Shown piece after piece: positions 60,093-64,000 of a stretch of DNA of 64,000 nt. The DNA lies in contig CATNEN010000003.1 of the NCBI GenBank assembly GCA_950097015.1, positions 11,966,001-12,030,000 of the forward strand, given 5' to 3'. This DNA is from Macrostomum hystrix. Taxonomy: Eukaryota; Animalia; Platyhelminthes. The notes under the pieces were generated by a model that saw only the letters and a program-made list of their open reading frames with translations, searched no databases and was not told the DNA's origin. The stretch's first letter is position 1, and each line of letters opens with the position of its first letter. The position numbers were made by a program, and so were the translations under genes.

Positions 60093-60566
60093 TGTGTTAA
60101 AGTCAAGCAAAGGTAATATATTCTTTGAAGAATGAATAAGTGAGAATTATGTTACGTTTACCAGGCAAGAATCCATCTTTAACTGACAGTATTTGAAAGA
60201 AAAGCGTTTGAAAGTTTCTAAACATTATGTGCATGTACAGTATAATATCATATCAACGTAATTAAAAAACTGATTATCTAATACCATTTGCTTGCTTTTT
60301 ATATACACTTTTCTTACGAGAACGTTACAACTCTTGTCTAAAGAAACAAGTGCGTTCAAACTAGCGATATAATAAAAAGAAGCTGTCAATCATGTGTCTC
60401 TCTGTTATCTAATAAATATACACGGCACGTGCAGCGACAAAGCCAAACAAAGCTTACCATTGTTCATTTCTTCCAATCTTCTCAAATTGATAAAGATATT
60501 TTCCGAGGTGCAAGCTAAATTTCGCTCGTACGATCAAAATAAAATTTAGATTGAGCTAGTGTCAAG

Positions 60567-60795
60567 GGTTGGGGTTGTTGGTGTGAGGGGATGGGTTTGC
60601 TGTTGTGAAGGGGATGGGGTTGCTGGTGTGAAGGGGATGGGGTTGCTGGTGTGAAGGGGATGGGGTTGCTGGTGTGAAGGGGATGGGGTTGCTGGGGTGG
60701 ATGGGTGGTTTTTTTGTTAAGAAGGGATCATGGATCATGGGGTTGTTGGTTTGGATGGATGGGGTTGTTATTGTGATGGTGGTGGGGTTTATGGG
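60567..60795. repeat. 23-bp G-rich repeat (ggggatggggttgctggtgtgaa)n
   Basis: Direct. Confidence 0.85.
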
Positions 60796-61113
60796 TATTA
60801 AGTTTGGACCTAATCGGTTTTTAAGTTAACTAGAGTTTTTCCAATTTTACAATTTAATGTTCATATGATGTAATTCTACTTGGAGTAGACAGTCGGGTTA
60901 CAACTTCACAAATGTGAAGATAGACGAATCAAGAATTTAACCATGCAAAAAGACAGCTTTATAACGCATTACTATAGGCTTCAGTACAATCGGTCATAAA
61001 GGTGTAAAAATTACCGTTCATGACTTATTTGTTTTTTTACTAGCTCATTCTAATTTTTTTAAGTTGCTTGTTGTCTCGGATAGACACAGGCCTTTGACAA
61101 ACATTTCGTTGGC

Positions 61114-61186
61114 GGCCTAGTGGCCTAATGGATAAGGCGTCTGACTTCGGATCAGAAGATTGCAGGTTCGAGTCCTGCCTGGGTCG
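61114..61186 (+). tRNA. trnR-TCG: tRNA-Arg(TCG)
   Basis: 73-nt cloverleaf GGCCTAG...CTGGGTCG; anticodon arm TCTGA-CTTCGGA-TCAGA; T-arm GCAGG-TTCGAGT-CCTGC; oligo-T terminator just downstream. Confidence 0.97.
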
Positions 61187-61499
61187 ATAATTTTTACTCA
61201 TTTTTAAAACTACCTATTAAGACTTTTATATACTTTTAGTCCTTCAAAACAGGTAAAAATGTTTTTTTTTAATTCTTTTGACTTCATATTATGTCTTTGT
61301 AAAGAGATTTACTTATATACGTGATATGCGCTATACAAATGCTTGCTAACTATTGTAAGTAGTAACATGAAACTTTAAAAATTCCAAAAAAAATTTCTAC
61401 AAAAACTTATGCCTCTAATGAATTACCATAAGAATAAATATGCGATTTTTTCATTTCTTTAAAGCTACTATTCTCAAAATCGGCCATTCAAAACATTCT

Positions 61500-62190
61500 A
61501 CAAATCTCATAAATTGACAATTTTCATAAATATACGATTTTCATAAATATGCGATCCTCGTAAATCAACGAATGTCGCAAATTTACAATTCTCACAAATC
61601 AATGATTGGCGCATTATTGACGATTCTGATATATCGACGATTTTCAGATATCAACGATTCTCGTATTATCGACGATTCTCACAAATAGCCGATTCTCATA
61701 TATCGATGACTCTCACATATAGACTATTGTCACAAATCAACGATTCTCATATTATCTAAGATTCTCAAATATAGACGATTTTCAGATATCAAGGATTCTA
61801 ACATTATCGACGATTCTTACATATCGACGATTCTCTCATATCGACGATTCTCTCATATCGACGATTCTCTCATATCGACGATTCTCTCATATCGACGATT
61901 CTCTCATATCGACGATTTTTCACAAATAAATGATTCTCACACATTGACGATTCTCACATTATCGACGATTCTCTCATATCGACGATTCTCTCATATCGAC
62001 GATTCTCTCATATCGACGATTCTCTCATATCGACGATTCTCTCATATCGACGATTCTCTCATATCGACGATTTTCACAAATCGACGATTTTCACAAATAA
62101 ATGATTCTCACACATTGACGATTTTCACATATCGACGATTCTCACATTATCGATGATTCTCACACTAGTGACGTTTCTCACATTATAGAC
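61500..62190. repeat. 17-bp minisatellite (atcgacgattctctcat)n
   Basis: Direct, with degenerate edges. Confidence 0.93.
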
Positions 62191-62775
62191 AATTTTTTTT
62201 CATAAATCTTCGAGCGTTTCTTTTAAATCGACAACTATTTTAAATAGGTCATTTCTATGAAACAAAAATTCTCAGAAATCGACGGGTGTCTTTGATTGAT
62301 GACTCTATCACCAATTTTCCTCCTCAAGGTCAGTTCTAATTTAGCTGGTACAATGGTCTGCATTATCTGGGCCCCCAAATGTAAATATAGGCTTAAAAGC
62401 TAATGGACTATGATTGGGCAATATGTTTTTAGGTACCTCAGTTGCGTTACCTGCACACAATTAGCTGCATGGGCTTTACATTCCCATCAAGTTTATCTGT
62501 CTAAACAGAATAAACGGAAAGCTAAATACTCGAATTCTCAACTTTTAACGCATTTAGTGCTTAAAACTTGTTAAAATTGGCTAAGTCGACAATTTAAATG
62601 TAACTTTTAGCTAGAATCCCCGTGACTTTGAGAAACGAAAGTTGACGAATCAATTAGTTTAAGAGCTGTAATATAGGCTATTATCCGATATTCATACACT
62701 GAAAAGCTACACGAAAGCATAAATAGGATCAAGGCTGGAGTTAAAACGTAATTTTTTCTCGCATACTTAGTCAGA

Positions 62776-63564
62776 ATGCAACTCTTCGCTCTCAGCCTAT
62801 TGTTAGCGTCTCCAGCGATCGCTAATCACGTCAGCAGCAATGGAATTCTCGAATTCGCCGAGATCCAGGGCCGTCTCTGCATCAACCCAAGCTTCACGGA
62901 GCTGCTGGAGAGCAGCACAGGTGCCAGAATGTCTGTCCTGGACTGCGCCAGAAAGTGCAGCGTCAAGCCCAACTGTCAGGCCTTTGCAATGTCCGCACAG
63001 ACGATAACGCAGTGCACTCTCTTTGTGTTTGACAGGTGCAGCAAGGCGGTGACTCAGTGCGGCTGCAATCAAACTGGCCAGGTGTTTGTCAGGAAGCAGC
63101 CAGGATTGCCAACGGGTCTGCTGTGTCCCCAGGACTATGTAAAGTCTGAGTGCGGAGCCAGCTACAGGGTGTATCCTGGTACGAATACATGGGAGACCAA
63201 CTGGCAGAAGTGCCAGTCAGAGCCAGGTCTGACCATCATGGCCGACATTGAGAATTCGGAGGAGATGAAAAACGCCTCATTGCTGGCAAAGCAGTCCGGC
63301 ATCGTGTACGTGTTTGTTTCTGGCGTCCAGGAGCCGAACAGCTCGGAGCCTACTGGCGGTTGGTTCTGGCGCAGTTGCAATTTCATTGTGGACACCAGAC
63401 TGTGGAGCGACGGCGAGCCTAACAATGACGGCGGGTCGAGTGTAGTCAACGAGAACTACACGTTTGTCAGAACAGATCATCCTGGCATTGGTGATATGCC
63501 AAATGGGGTCACTGCTGCTGGCTCTAGCTTTGGTGTGCTCTGCGAGTGCGTGTCGCCATTTTGA
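62776..63564 (+). CDS. Secreted PAN/apple + C-type lectin domain protein, 262 aa, intronless CDS
   Basis: Signal peptide; SVLDCARKC...CQAF...C (PAN); CP..Y...C..SY..Y...TW......C, WSDGEPNN, NEN, VLCE (CTLD). Confidence 0.88.
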   Translation: MQLFALSLLLASPAIANHVSSNGILEFAEIQGRLCINPSFTELLESSTGARMSVLDCARKCSVKPNCQAFAMSAQTITQCTLFVFDRCSKAVTQCGCNQTGQVFVRKQPGLPTGLLCPQDYVKSECGASYRVYPGTNTWETNWQKCQSEPGLTIMADIENSEEMKNASLLAKQSGIVYVFVSGVQEPNSSEPTGGWFWRSCNFIVDTRLWSDGEPNNDGGSSVVNENYTFVRTDHPGIGDMPNGVTAAGSSFGVLCECVSPF

Positions 63565-63877
63565 GCTTGTCGTCTGTCAGTTTTCAGTCGTCTGTTGCCC
63601 AGACGGGAAGCAGATTTTAACAATTAAACTGAATTCAGCCTTTAATTCCATATTTGATATTCAAGATTTGCAGCCAAGCAAATATCAATTTGAATCCGGA
63701 TGACAAACTTTAAAATAAACTGCATTACCCAGCACCATACGCATAATCCCAAAATGTGCGTAACATGTGTTCCACACTGTGTTCTCACTCTGGCTCATTG
63801 TCTATTTATAACGATAGCAGCGAATTGTACCATGGCAAATTTGAGATATGGCGTTAGGCTGGATTGATAAAGGAGCG

Positions 63878-64000
63878 ATGAGATACGGGAGAGATGAGAC
63901 ACTGGAGAGATGAGACAGTGAAGATATGAGACACTGGAGAGATGAGACAGTGAAGATATGAGACACTGGAGAGATGAGACAGTGAAGATATGAGACACTG
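63878..64000. repeat. 16-bp satellite (gagatgagacactgga)n, related to 9879-12707 and the MITE array
   Basis: Starts gatgagatacgggagagatgagac; runs off the window. Confidence 0.88.

Overview
Eukaryotic (animal) genomic DNA with GT-AG introns, GC-rich exons and AT-rich introns, most large introns carrying their own minisatellite. An invertebrate such as a free-living flatworm is plausible, but that is an inference only. Left to right: (1) the 3' part of a plasma-membrane Ca2+-ATPase (PMCA/ATP2B) gene with candidate alternative exons at splice sites A and C; (2) a head-to-head pair of paralogous single-pass membrane proteins with long coiled-coil tails, which I call EVC-like (minus, ~924 aa) and EVC2/limbin-like (plus, ~1900 aa, enlarged ectodomain), start codons ~1.1 kb apart; (3) a young Ty3/gypsy retrotransposon (identical 185-bp LTRs, 5-bp TSD, frameshift in RT) in an EVC2 intron; (4) a probably GPI-anchored two-Ig-domain gene, tRNA-Arg(TCG) and an intronless PAN/apple + C-type lectin gene. 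Also present: two tRNA-derived SINE families (one with a CORE-like domain), a hAT-type MITE carrying a satellite, and ~20 tandem arrays, several built from factor-binding motifs (B-box, CRE, CCAAT, X-box). Exon coordinates were derived by eye and homologies come from recalled family sequences, not from searches.
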